Of a stretch of 64,000 nt of DNA, positions 50,526-60,214 are shown piece by piece. The stretch's first letter is position 1; each line of letters begins with the position of its first letter. The notes under the pieces are model-generated. The model was not told the origin of the DNA, made no database searches, and saw only the letters and a list, made by a program, of their open reading frames with translations. Source of the DNA: a virus (Duplodnaviria > Caudoviricetes); the IMG/VR virus record IMGVR_UViG_3300030419_006251, positions 1 through 64,000 of that record; one strand, written 5' to 3'. The position numbers were made by a program, and so were the translations under genes.

Positions 50526-51806
50526 TTAATAATAGTCAGTTGTTTCTAATATAACATTGGACTGAAACTCTGATTCTTCTCCGACCTCAAGTTTTTGCTC
50601 TCCAGGCAGAAACCTAATCGGATCGAGCCGATCCCTTATCACATGATAACTGAACTGTTTATTAATATAATCTAATGCGGCCGGCATGTCAATGTTTTTT
50701 TCAATATGAATTGCATTTTTAATTAAATTTTTGACAAAAATATCATTAAAGATACCTTTGTTCTGTAATTCTGATTGCTTTATCTTGCAGTAATACCGAA
50801 TCCAAAATGCATTATCGTATTTGTCATTCAACTGAGCTAAGTTAAGTCTTTCTCTCTTATAAAATATGGGTGTTCCGCTATCGTGATCGTGATGTGATGC
50901 GTATCTATTGTTGTCCACAAACGAATTCCATGTCATAAGGATGAATTTTTTAAGAAGTCCAATATCTTTATAATAAATTTTATAGTAATGTGTGTTCGCC
51001 AATTCTTCTTTTGATGTAAATCTATTTTTCATATACTCTGCCATCGGATCGGAATCTATGTTTGCTACTATTTGCCAAGGAGCATTTCTGTCAATCATAA
51101 AGCCGTGCTTCATGGCAGCTTGTCTGTAGAAATCAAATATTTTCTTATCCATAAAGATCGATTTCTTTTCGTCATCATCAAAAGCGGAATCCTCCAATAT
51201 AATAGCCAAGCCACTACTTTGTAGCGAGCAGAATCTTGATGCCATAACCGCAGTAGCAGTCAAAGGTACCTTTCCAGACACCAGTTTGGTGAACTCTGTC
51301 ACTTTTTCCATAAATTGTTCTATGGTCACTAAGTCATTCTTTTTCTTTTGATAAGACGCCTCTAGAGTTGCAGCTAACACATGTTTTTCCAGATTTCCCG
51401 AAAAGCTCATGAAAGCAGCTTTTTGCAGATCCTCAAACCGAGTCCAGGCCCTTACAACTTCCAAATTTATATCGGATGCTGTTACTCCGCAAATTCCTGA
51501 GTTGATTAAGTCTTGAAACTCTCTCATGAATCCTTTATAAGCGTCGACTACAAAGTCTAAAGCCCGCGGAGCGTTAGAACTGATCGTCTTAGTTTTAAAG
51601 GCAGCCGTCCTAGATGCTATTGGAGAAATAAAGTTATCTTCGGAATCAATTCTACCGTAAAACGACAGCTGTTTTGAAATAAAAAAATCTTCGACGCCAG
51701 AAACAAAACGACCTTCTTCGAACATAGCATTATCTCTATATTCTTTGCGATGTTCGAATAATTCTCTAGCGCCTCTTGTTGTATTTTTTGCTTTAAAGTC
51801 GGCCAT
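50526..51806 (-). CDS. hypothetical protein at the end of the baseplate operon
   Basis: 426-aa ORF contiguous with the tail genes; no confident motif. Confidence 0.65.
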   Translation of the reverse strand: MADFKAKNTTRGARELFEHRKEYRDNAMFEEGRFVSGVEDFFISKQLSFYGRIDSEDNFISPIASRTAAFKTKTISSNAPRALDFVVDAYKGFMREFQDLINSGICGVTASDINLEVVRAWTRFEDLQKAAFMSFSGNLEKHVLAATLEASYQKKKNDLVTIEQFMEKVTEFTKLVSGKVPLTATAVMASRFCSLQSSGLAIILEDSAFDDDEKKSIFMDKKIFDFYRQAAMKHGFMIDRNAPWQIVANIDSDPMAEYMKNRFTSKEELANTHYYKIYYKDIGLLKKFILMTWNSFVDNNRYASHHDHDSGTPIFYKRERLNLAQLNDKYDNAFWIRYYCKIKQSELQNKGIFNDIFVKNLIKNAIHIEKNIDMPAALDYINKQFSYHVIRDRLDPIRFLPGEQKLEVGEESEFQSNVILETTDYY

Positions 51807-51808
51807 TA

Positions 51809-54800
51809 TTAAGGTTCCTGTTGTTCTGCCGGAAGGTCTGAGGCAAAGGCCGAAGCATCTTCGACCGAGAACTCTGCACCAGCACTATCCATATTAGTGG
51901 GGTCTGTGTTTGCTGCAGCTAGCTTACAAATTTCTACCCGACCTGCGCTATGCCACACGCAGCGAAGAGTTGTTTCAAAAAATTCTGGGGTGATTGTGGA
52001 ATCAACATCAATCACAACATAGTAGCCGCCCAACCCAAGAAGCAGCGGAGCGTCTTCGTAGTCTGAATTCCAGTCCCCGGAACCAACACTGTCTGGGTTT
52101 ATGTAAATAAACTGACCCGGTAGGAAAAAGGTGTTTCCTTGCATAACGATTGTTGCTTCATATCTTCCTCTAAGTTGGTTGTATCCGAAGGCACCGTGGC
52201 CCAATAATCTTGATTCTGCTAGATATGCCTGATCTGTTCTGGTGAATTTGATACTTTTTACTAGTCCTTGGTTTTGGCCCAAATAAAAATGAAATATGCC
52301 TCGACTCAAATCGCCCGGCAGGGTTTCGAGGCCGGCATATTGCTCATACTCCTTTAAGTTATCTGTCATCGCGGCAGCTTCAGCATCCGATTCAAACCCC
52401 AATAAAGTGCTCGCCTCATATCCTCTAGCATACAAGGCTATAAAGTGATAAACATCTGTATTGTCTTCCTCGGTGGCATACAAAGTGGTCTTGCTGCTCT
52501 GAAGGCTTGCATTAATTTTGTCCAAGTCGTATCTCTTCTGTAAAGAAGATTTGTAAAAGTCTGGATCTCTAATAAATTCTAGCGGACTTTCATAGGCGCC
52601 ATTACTATTCTTATAAGCAGGTAAGGTAAAATTAGTAAATCCTATATCAAATATTTGTCTTGAGAATCTGGATGCTGGTGAGGCTTCCGCAATTTCAATT
52701 CCCTCGGTTGCGTTAACTCCCTCATAACATTTGTCTCCGCCAAGAATATCGAGAACCAAGGACTGTAAAGCCTCTTTCAGAAAAGATTTTAAACTATATG
52801 AATAAACACCAGGACGCATAATCTTATTTAGGAACCATTCGTTAAATCTGGTCAAGGTAATTGGAATATCTGCCAAATTAATGTATCTTGTTTTCATAGA
52901 CACCGGATCAAAATATTCTATGCAGCCAAGTATAATATTAATTTTATCTAGTTTGCGTTCTTTAAGTTGTCGTATGTCCTCAACAAAACTATCAATAGTG
53001 AGGGGTTCGCCGTCCGGGCCCTTTAGCTCTCCGTCTGTCCATAGGTCATCGAGGCCAAAGCTTCTATTCCATGTTGGTGCCCATTGGGCGCCGGTCTCTT
53101 CAGCAGTATACGCAAGATCTCTAAATCGTTCCATTGCGATGTAATGATCTTCCGGCTGAAACGGCTCCCTCCACAATGCTTTTCTGACTGCCCAGTCAAC
53201 TATGTCTCCAAAATATACAAAATTAATTCTATACCTACCGGCGGTGGGGTTTTCAGGAGTCGCGCGATTGCCGGCTTCGGGGTTGGTTGTGGTATCGAAG
53301 TACAATTCCTTTTCTACTGCTTCTTCGTTTAGTTTATTGAAGTCGGACCCCCCAGGATCTCTACCGTCGTGGCCTGCGCGCCAAGCATCTGAAGCTTCGC
53401 CACCGGGAGTATTCGCTGTGTTATTGTGTGTCGCGATATCGCCAATAGAACCGTTCATACTATTGACGCTAGCTGCAAAGGGATCGCCAGCTTTAATGTT
53501 TTCCGAATGGGCATATGTAAATGCAGCGTTACTGCGAGAGTACTCTGCACCGGTGGAGGCCCACGGTGGCAGTCCAGGGACGACGGCCATCCGGTTGCTC
53601 GCATCATATTGCGCGCCGACCATATCGGGACTAACAAAAACTGTTTTGATTCTCGGTATACCAGTGTCTTGGTCCACAAGACTTGTTGCGCCGTGTGGCG
53701 CTCCGTATGATAATGGAAATTTAGTAGGCTGGCCATACCCCGCATCGGTTATTCCGGTCCTTAATTTTCTACCTCGGAAGGCCGGCACCGGAGTACGCTC
53801 AGCGTGGGCGGTGGAGCCGCCGGCGGCTACAATATCATAACCCCACTGATCTGGTATGTGAGTCTGATCAGCCAACCAGTTCATGAGCGTCTGATATCCG
53901 ACGCCTCTAGATAGATTACGCATTTCTTCCAACAAGTTGTCCAATCTACCAACCATGTCGTCGTCTTCGTCTGATACCTCATCAGAACCTAGTTGAGTAT
54001 CTCTTGTATCTTCTTCTATTAATTCATTACCAAAAGCATCCGTCATTGTACTTACATTTCCGCCAGTTGTGACAACATGCGTTCTGCCTGTAGCTATAGC
54101 TTGACGCATTGCCTCAATCTGTGCTTGTCTTGTTCTCTCATAGATAGACAAAAATAAATCCGTGCTCGGATCTTCTAGCAGGCCTTCGATCGCAGCACGG
54201 TATCTGATATCTAAGCTGAGCGAACCATCCTCATTATAGGAGATCACATGATCGACAATCGTTAGGTACAGAATCACAGAAGCGCTTCGTAGTGCATTTC
54301 TTTGAGCTTCGCTAAACGGTGCACCGTCTTTAAATTCCCATCCGACGACTGCTTTTAATTCAAAGTACTCCGGATCGTATAGGTACATCCACTTGCAAAA
54401 ACCCTCTTCTTCGGAGCCCGATGTAGTTGCAGAATGGCTGGTACCTGTTGCGGCTGTTCGCATTATTAAATCAACAAACTGATAGTAGCCATCAATTTCG
54501 GTTGGATCTTCACCGTCTCTTGCGTGTGTCATGACTGGGAACGGCCCTTTCTTGTCAAACAATTCCTGAACATCGTTGAGATGTAGGCTCAAATTGGCTG
54601 ATAATAAGTTAGCTGCTTCGGCAGGATTTGTTCCTTCGTACTTCCAACTAAACCCTGTAATTCCAACTCCCGTGCCGCGTCCTGCGCGTGAATTCATCAT
54701 CCGCTCCACACGACGAAACTCGTTAGTCGGTCGTTCGGACTCATCTGCCATTATTCCCATGATATTATCAGGAAACAAAAGCTCCACATCCCAAGATTTG

Positions 54801-55147
54801 CCCGCGAGACTGACATCATCGCTGGTCGTTTGGCCTCTTTGGCCTACATAAGTCTTATACAATCTTACTTTTGGCACCAAAAAAGAAAGCTGGTATGGTG
54901 TTAAATCCATTGCGCCGGCCAAATCTGTTCTGCCTGTCAAGATGCTCATCATTAGCGTGGGAGAACCATACATCGCAGTGAACGCAGTATACTCGCAATC
55001 CTCGTTCAGTCCAGCTATGCCATCTTGTATTGGCGCTGAGGTGGCAGTGGACTGGCGAGTGGCCCAGTTCCGCTCGTCTCTTAACCAATGCAATAACCAA
55101 CATTGTTCTAGATTTTTTCGTCTTGTTATATTATCTTGTTCACCCAT
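51809..55147 (-). CDS. baseplate hub-like protein (gp27/late-control D-like C-terminus)
   Basis: C-terminal 'YEATIVMQGNTFFLPGQFIYIN...GGYYVVIDVDSTI...FETTL'; position after the LysM-like and tube-initiator genes. Confidence 0.65.
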   Translation of the reverse strand: MGEQDNITRRKNLEQCWLLHWLRDERNWATRQSTATSAPIQDGIAGLNEDCEYTAFTAMYGSPTLMMSILTGRTDLAGAMDLTPYQLSFLVPKVRLYKTYVGQRGQTTSDDVSLAGKSWDVELLFPDNIMGIMADESERPTNEFRRVERMMNSRAGRGTGVGITGFSWKYEGTNPAEAANLLSANLSLHLNDVQELFDKKGPFPVMTHARDGEDPTEIDGYYQFVDLIMRTAATGTSHSATTSGSEEEGFCKWMYLYDPEYFELKAVVGWEFKDGAPFSEAQRNALRSASVILYLTIVDHVISYNEDGSLSLDIRYRAAIEGLLEDPSTDLFLSIYERTRQAQIEAMRQAIATGRTHVVTTGGNVSTMTDAFGNELIEEDTRDTQLGSDEVSDEDDDMVGRLDNLLEEMRNLSRGVGYQTLMNWLADQTHIPDQWGYDIVAAGGSTAHAERTPVPAFRGRKLRTGITDAGYGQPTKFPLSYGAPHGATSLVDQDTGIPRIKTVFVSPDMVGAQYDASNRMAVVPGLPPWASTGAEYSRSNAAFTYAHSENIKAGDPFAASVNSMNGSIGDIATHNNTANTPGGEASDAWRAGHDGRDPGGSDFNKLNEEAVEKELYFDTTTNPEAGNRATPENPTAGRYRINFVYFGDIVDWAVRKALWREPFQPEDHYIAMERFRDLAYTAEETGAQWAPTWNRSFGLDDLWTDGELKGPDGEPLTIDSFVEDIRQLKERKLDKINIILGCIEYFDPVSMKTRYINLADIPITLTRFNEWFLNKIMRPGVYSYSLKSFLKEALQSLVLDILGGDKCYEGVNATEGIEIAEASPASRFSRQIFDIGFTNFTLPAYKNSNGAYESPLEFIRDPDFYKSSLQKRYDLDKINASLQSSKTTLYATEEDNTDVYHFIALYARGYEASTLLGFESDAEAAAMTDNLKEYEQYAGLETLPGDLSRGIFHFYLGQNQGLVKSIKFTRTDQAYLAESRLLGHGAFGYNQLRGRYEATIVMQGNTFFLPGQFIYINPDSVGSGDWNSDYEDAPLLLGLGGYYVVIDVDSTITPEFFETTLRCVWHSAGRVEICKLAAANTDPTNMDSAGAEFSVEDASAFASDLPAEQQEP

Positions 55148-55161
55148 AATGTAAACCTTTA

Positions 55162-55518
55162 TTAATACCCGTAATATTTTAAAATTTTATTCAATGGCAT
55201 AGGAATTTTTAACCTATCCCCTATTCTACAGTGTGCGTCGGTAGGTTTTAAATTATACCATGCAATTATCCACCAGTATCTAGAATCTCCATAATAATGC
55301 GCAGCCAATTTCCAATATTTGTCTCCATGAGACCAAACATATTCTACTTCGGCCAAGCGCCTTCTGAGAGCTTCGTCTGGATACCTCATCTCAGCGGTAA
55401 CGAAATGTTTAATTCTTTTTCGATTGCGCGATTCTCTAAGCTCCTCATATGCCTCTTCTGTGCCCGGCTGTCCTCCATTAACGAAGGTATTACGACCTCT
55501 AAATCTTGATCTTGACAT
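55162..55518 (-). CDS. LysM/tail X-like baseplate protein
   Basis: 'YVWSHGDKYWKLAAHYYGDSRYWWIIAWYN...GDRLKIP'. Confidence 0.78.
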   Translation of the reverse strand: MSRSRFRGRNTFVNGGQPGTEEAYEELRESRNRKRIKHFVTAEMRYPDEALRRRLAEVEYVWSHGDKYWKLAAHYYGDSRYWWIIAWYNLKPTDAHCRIGDRLKIPMPLNKILKYYGY

Positions 55519-55551
55519 TAAAATATTCTCCTTTTTCTATTTTGTTCAAAC

Positions 55552-56388
55552 TCACAACTCATCTCCATCGTCTCCGCCATCTGAACCATCCTTATTCGCA
55601 AACCCTGCACCATATGTATTTCCCCAGGCGCGTGTCCAAGTGTTGTTCGCGTCGACCAATATATTTGGAGAAGCCTGGTGCATTACTGAAAGGCTGCAAT
55701 TAAGATCATAAACTTTAGGATACAATACTCCTTCGCCATCTTCAAAAAATCCAGCATCGAGCCTAGGATTTATCCCGTAACTTTCAATTGCACAAATTAA
55801 ACCTTTTATTTTTGTATCACCCCAAAACTTTTTTTCTATAATAGCAGCATTTGGATATCCCGGCACATCATCTGGTATGCCAGATCTTATTAGGTTTGCC
55901 AGTTCTACCGTTACCAGCGGAGGGGCGCTAATGCACCATCTTCTGCTGCTCAAGGCGGCGCCGGTTCCTTGGGCGACATCGGCCTGATTAGGGTTAGACT
56001 GCGCCTGACTAGAATTCGAACCAAAGGAGCCGACAATATCAATCGAAGGTCCATAGCCCCTATTCTCATACACTGGATATAACATCTGTGCTAAAGCCGA
56101 GATCTTCATGACATTAGCTTTAGCCTCATCTTTGTCTTTTGCTACTGTTTGCCACGATACAGACATCATTCTTTCAGTATTGGCAAAGTGTCTAATCGGA
56201 TCTGCTTTTCCATATGGCTGTTCCGATGACCAAGCCGAATTAAAGTTATCGGTAAATCCAGTTATATATGCTTTGAAATCTGCGCGGACACCATTGTAAA
56301 TGCTTACAAACGACAGTGCCATACCGCTATTTTTAGCATATGTTTGCTCTACTGTAAATCCTTCAAATTGTATATTCTCGTTTGCCAT
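55552..56388 (-). CDS. tail tube initiator / baseplate protein (tube fold), paralog 1
   Basis: 'FKAYITGFTDNFNSAWSSEQPYGKADPI', 'PPLVTV'; follows the tape measure. Confidence 0.65.
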   Translation of the reverse strand: MANENIQFEGFTVEQTYAKNSGMALSFVSIYNGVRADFKAYITGFTDNFNSAWSSEQPYGKADPIRHFANTERMMSVSWQTVAKDKDEAKANVMKISALAQMLYPVYENRGYGPSIDIVGSFGSNSSQAQSNPNQADVAQGTGAALSSRRWCISAPPLVTVELANLIRSGIPDDVPGYPNAAIIEKKFWGDTKIKGLICAIESYGINPRLDAGFFEDGEGVLYPKVYDLNCSLSVMHQASPNILVDANNTWTRAWGNTYGAGFANKDGSDGGDDGDEL

Positions 56389-56395
56389 AATTTAT

Positions 56396-57199
56396 TTATC
56401 CTTCTGATTGACTTTCTTCGGACTCAACCTCAAAAAATCCTACATCTAAATTTGGAGTAAAATTAAATCCATTAAGAGTACCAGTGAGTCCTCGGCCTTC
56501 GTCGGCTGGACCTTGTGATACTAGGTTCGTAAACTTGATAGCCATCATCGGCGGGGCCCTTAAAGATGTCGCACTTCCATGTTTTGTCTGTGTTGGATAT
56601 AACATTCTTATTAGATTTGTACATTTTCTTAAATTTTCGATTCCTTCTTCTTTGTTAGAGGCGATCAAGTCCCAACTTATTGTCATTGTTCTTTGCGTTC
56701 CCTGGAATATTTTAATCGGATCCATACGACCATACGCTCGCTCCGAACCCCATTTAGAACTAAAGTTATCGGCCAGAGAAGTTAAAAAAGCTTTAAAATG
56801 TAATCTAGTTTCAGTTGGGATATGCACTATAGTAACGAAGTTTTGCGCCTGATTTGCATAATTTGATTCCACCGTAGCGCCGGTGGAGAATAGCGGAGTG
56901 GGAGCCGCGCCGGCGAAAGCCTTGTAAATATCTCTAGAGTCTGATGGTGCGCCTCCGTAAGCGTTTCCAAAGGTGTCACTATAGTAATCAGCTTCAGAAG
57001 ATTTGCTTGAACCTGCGTGCTCTGTACTTAATTTAATATTGCTTTCATCATTGATATCTAGGCCATATGGAAAGCACTTCATATCCTCTGAATCATTTAG
57101 TTGTAGGCCCGTGAGACGGTCCCAGCCCAATAAATGATCGTGCACTACAGTAAGAGTGCACTTTACGGTCAACAATTTTGGTATCAGGCTTACAGACAT
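56396..57199 (-). CDS. tail tube initiator / baseplate protein (tube fold), paralog 2
   Basis: 'FKAFLTSLADNFSSKWGSERAYGRMDPI', 'APPMMAI'. Confidence 0.65.
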   Translation of the reverse strand: MSVSLIPKLLTVKCTLTVVHDHLLGWDRLTGLQLNDSEDMKCFPYGLDINDESNIKLSTEHAGSSKSSEADYYSDTFGNAYGGAPSDSRDIYKAFAGAAPTPLFSTGATVESNYANQAQNFVTIVHIPTETRLHFKAFLTSLADNFSSKWGSERAYGRMDPIKIFQGTQRTMTISWDLIASNKEEGIENLRKCTNLIRMLYPTQTKHGSATSLRAPPMMAIKFTNLVSQGPADEGRGLTGTLNGFNFTPNLDVGFFEVESEESQSEG

Positions 57200-57206
57200 T
57201 ATAAAA

Positions 57207-57214
57207 TAAATAGG
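57207..57214 (-). promoter_or_regulatory. putative late-promoter motif CCTATTTA
   Basis: Variant 7 nt upstream of ATG. Confidence 0.45.
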
Positions 57215-57241
57215 TAAAGTTTAAAAATTAATCAATGTTAT

Positions 57242-59587
57242 CTATCCATGACCTTGCTCGCGAAGCCTCTGATCAACCAACGGCACAACCTGTCTTGCCA
57301 AGGTCGCGCCAGCCATCTTGAGAGTAACTTCCACATTCTGCGGGCCTTGATATCCGCCTCCGCCTCCACCTCCGCCGGTGCCGTGTGTAGTGGCCGCTAT
57401 TTGAGCTACAGCCCTAACTAATGCAGACAATTCATCTCCATTTGATACTGTGCTTGCTACTGCCAACTTATTTGCCTGTTCTACCAGTCTAGATACTTGC
57501 GCCACATCATCCGATGTTAATTGTACTGCTGCTTGAACTACTTGTGAAACCTTTGCACTGGCAAAAGTATTAATAGACGCCCTAAAATCCATGGACTTGT
57601 TTACATCGACTTCCTTGATTGCACTAGCGATGTTTCTAATTGAATTTGCAATCTTATCCATTATAGAGGTATCAACACTTTGTAATCTGCTGAGCGCCAT
57701 TACTGCGCCGGACATCGCTCCTCCAATTGGTAATGCCGCGCGGCCCATAGTATCAAAACCAGCTGCAGCTTCTCGGGCTGAGGTGCCTGCTCGACGCATT
57801 CTTGGCCCAAACGAAGCCATGGCATCATATAGAGAAGGGGAATGCTGTGGTTTTAAAATTGCTGCAGCCAACATGCCCACTGCTGCAACAAGGCCCAGTC
57901 CTCCCAAAAGGCCGCCGCCAATAAGTGCAAGTTGTAGGCCCCTGGCGGCGCCGGTGGCTAATGTCATTGCCGCTGCTTGCGCCTGTAATCCCATCGTTAC
58001 CATGGGTAATATTGCACCAACTACCTTAAAAGCCCCCCATGCATAAAACAGCTTTTGACCTAATTCTTTATAGCGATCAATATTTTGTGATATATGTGTT
58101 ACCATTCTCTGCAGCCATTCCATAAGTTCCATCAAGCTTGGAGCCAAGGCGGCCAAGGTTGCATTCCATTTCTGTTGCATACTCATTAAAGCCATCTGTT
58201 GTTGCGCCATTTGTTCTGCACTCATGGCGTTCGCATCGGCTGCTCTGGCACTCCTTTCCAAATGACCAGACATGAGCAATGCCAGTTCGCCAACACCCTG
58301 TAGGCCTGCGGCATCTGCGATTGCTCTCTTTTCATAGTAACTTAATTCTTGAAAACTTCCGGCAGCCATCATGATTCCTTCTCTTAGCTTGCGGAATCTC
58401 TCAGTAGGATCAACAGTCATTAACATATCAAGCGAGTTAAACAAGTCTCTACCCAAAATAGCATTAAGGCGACCTGCAGCTTCTGCCGCTCCTTCAAAAG
58501 TATCAAACTGACCAGTAATAGCCATCAGTTGGTTCATCGAAAGACCTGTATCTTTTGCAGCAATTCTCAAATCCTTAAAAACATCTACCATTTTACCGCC
58601 ATAAACTGATAGATCCATGCTCATTTCAGCAAACTCTTGCTGAACAATTGCTGGTGGGACATTTAAGGCCCTTGCGAAAGAATCTAAGCCTCGAACAGTT
58701 TGGGCCAATTGGCTTCCAGATTGTCCTAAGACTTTATTAAGCATTTGCATGCTTTGCGCGGCATCTTGTGCCGATGTGCCATTTTGCATTAATAAAGTTA
58801 CTGTATTGCCTAGACTTTGTTGTGCTCGGGCGGACATTCTGCTAAACTCCGATATACTGGTATATAATGCAGTATATGCTTCGCCCGTCTGTTCTGCGGT
58901 GACGCCGGCTCTAAGATTTGCCATAGTGACGGCTTCCATTTGTGATTTAAAATTGGCCAACTCGCCAGTGCTGGCTCCAATACTTCTTGCAAATGAGTAT
59001 TGCGCTTCGTTGAGTCCAACCGCAACATCCCAAGCCTTTTTCAGTATAACAAGAAATCCTTGCTCTATGAAATTGGCCGCAGTATTGGCTGCAGCACCCA
59101 TTGCACCAAATCCCGCTGCAGCGGCTTGGCTAGCGCTCCCCACACCCTGCAACTTTGAGGCCATGGCTATTAGTTGAAAGATAAAATTTTCAGTTGCGTC
59201 AGCATTAACTCCCAAAGCCCCCGTAAGGTTTCTGATGCCTTTGTTTGCGGCCTCAGTCATTCTATTTTGGTTTTGTTGCGCCTTAGTCAACTTATTTAAA
59301 GTGGTTGTGTGCTTTCTTAACCTAACCTCTAGAGCTTTAATTGCGTCTTTGTTGCCTTGATTGGCTGAAATCTGCTGTTGTATCAAAGCAATTTGCTTCT
59401 CCTGAGCCTTAATTAAGGCTCGGGTGGCGCGACTGGCATATTCTGAGGATTGTGCCGTACCTTTTGTCGCACTAGCCATCTGAGATAACGCGGCGGCGGC
59501 TTTTTTTCCACTGTTCTCTATGGACTTTAAAGCTTCGTCTAGTTCTTCGGCGGTTTTTACATCTTTTCCTGTTGGTTTATCAGCCAT
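57242..59587 (-). CDS. tail tape measure protein
   Basis: 781 aa, Ala/Gln-rich helical; follows tube and chaperone genes. Confidence 0.8.
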   Translation of the reverse strand: MADKPTGKDVKTAEELDEALKSIENSGKKAAAALSQMASATKGTAQSSEYASRATRALIKAQEKQIALIQQQISANQGNKDAIKALEVRLRKHTTTLNKLTKAQQNQNRMTEAANKGIRNLTGALGVNADATENFIFQLIAMASKLQGVGSASQAAAAGFGAMGAAANTAANFIEQGFLVILKKAWDVAVGLNEAQYSFARSIGASTGELANFKSQMEAVTMANLRAGVTAEQTGEAYTALYTSISEFSRMSARAQQSLGNTVTLLMQNGTSAQDAAQSMQMLNKVLGQSGSQLAQTVRGLDSFARALNVPPAIVQQEFAEMSMDLSVYGGKMVDVFKDLRIAAKDTGLSMNQLMAITGQFDTFEGAAEAAGRLNAILGRDLFNSLDMLMTVDPTERFRKLREGIMMAAGSFQELSYYEKRAIADAAGLQGVGELALLMSGHLERSARAADANAMSAEQMAQQQMALMSMQQKWNATLAALAPSLMELMEWLQRMVTHISQNIDRYKELGQKLFYAWGAFKVVGAILPMVTMGLQAQAAAMTLATGAARGLQLALIGGGLLGGLGLVAAVGMLAAAILKPQHSPSLYDAMASFGPRMRRAGTSAREAAAGFDTMGRAALPIGGAMSGAVMALSRLQSVDTSIMDKIANSIRNIASAIKEVDVNKSMDFRASINTFASAKVSQVVQAAVQLTSDDVAQVSRLVEQANKLAVASTVSNGDELSALVRAVAQIAATTHGTGGGGGGGGYQGPQNVEVTLKMAGATLARQVVPLVDQRLREQGHG

Positions 59588-59600
59588 TAATTAATACCCC

Positions 59601-59951
59601 TCATTCAAACGGCCAATGAAGCCCGGTCAGTCTCTCAAAATCACTTATAGAGCGCTGCAGTACTGCTTTGTTTTTATAAGTTCGCGGATCGTCTAAACCA
59701 TGCTGGCGCCACGAGTCCATATATCTCTTTTCATTTGCCAATGCTCTTACAAAAGAATTAACTTGTGCTGGATTTCCTCTAATTTTAACTGGCGGCGCGC
59801 CGGCGCCGCCAAACATGTGACCAAGAATCTTTTCTACGGCCCAGCCAAACATACGCAAAAACCCGCCCTCTTGAATTTGTCCGGATTGGGCACCAGTTAA
59901 ATCAATTACAATCGGCGTTACTTTATCTTCGTTTATTTGTTTATTTGCCAT
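59601..59951 (-). CDS. hypothetical tail-module protein
   Basis: 116 aa between the chaperones and the tape measure; ACTAATTA upstream. Confidence 0.65.
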   Translation of the reverse strand: MANKQINEDKVTPIVIDLTGAQSGQIQEGGFLRMFGWAVEKILGHMFGGAGAPPVKIRGNPAQVNSFVRALANEKRYMDSWRQHGLDDPRTYKNKAVLQRSISDFERLTGLHWPFE

Positions 59952-59968
59952 AATATAAGTCCATAAAA

Positions 59969-59976
59969 TAATTAGT
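59969..59976 (-). promoter_or_regulatory. putative late-promoter motif ACTAATTA
   Basis: Just downstream of a terminator, upstream of the tape-measure operon. Confidence 0.5.
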
Positions 59977-59990
59977 TATACACAAAAGAA

Positions 59991-60018
59991 AAGCTGGAAA
60001 AGTTTCCTCTTCCAGCTT
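59991..60018 (-). terminator. intrinsic terminator
   Basis: AAGCTGGAA-10 nt-TTCCAGCTT 9-bp stem followed by TTCTTTT. Confidence 0.7.
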
Positions 60019-60024
60019 AAGAAG

Positions 60025-60210
60025 CTATCTTGTGCTTCCCCTTTTTGCGTCCTGCTGGGCGCGTTCGATCTGCTCGCGCTCATCTTCGAAATGCTTTGCT
60101 AGTCTTTCTACAAACCAGCGCCGCAAAGCAACAGGTAAATTGTAAGCCTCAAAGAAAGACCAACTACCATGATGCTTTAATAAGAAAAATTCTTCATAAA
60201 CATTTGCCAT
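60025..60210 (-). CDS. small tail/baseplate assembly protein (T4-like gp51 type), possibly a frameshift extension of the upstream chaperone
   Basis: 'MANVYEEFFLLKHHGSWSFFEAYNLPVALRRWFVERL' resembles the short gp51-like pattern (F.LM.HH..S..E...M...R). Confidence 0.65.
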   Translation of the reverse strand: MANVYEEFFLLKHHGSWSFFEAYNLPVALRRWFVERLAKHFEDEREQIERAQQDAKRGSTR

Positions 60211-60214
60211 ATAC

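Noticed and set aside
57355-57380. Poly-Gly run in the tape measure, and similar runs at about 21170-21190 and 61725-61745
   Set aside because: Short linker-type low complexity with mixed codons, not a tandem-repeat or phase-variation tract
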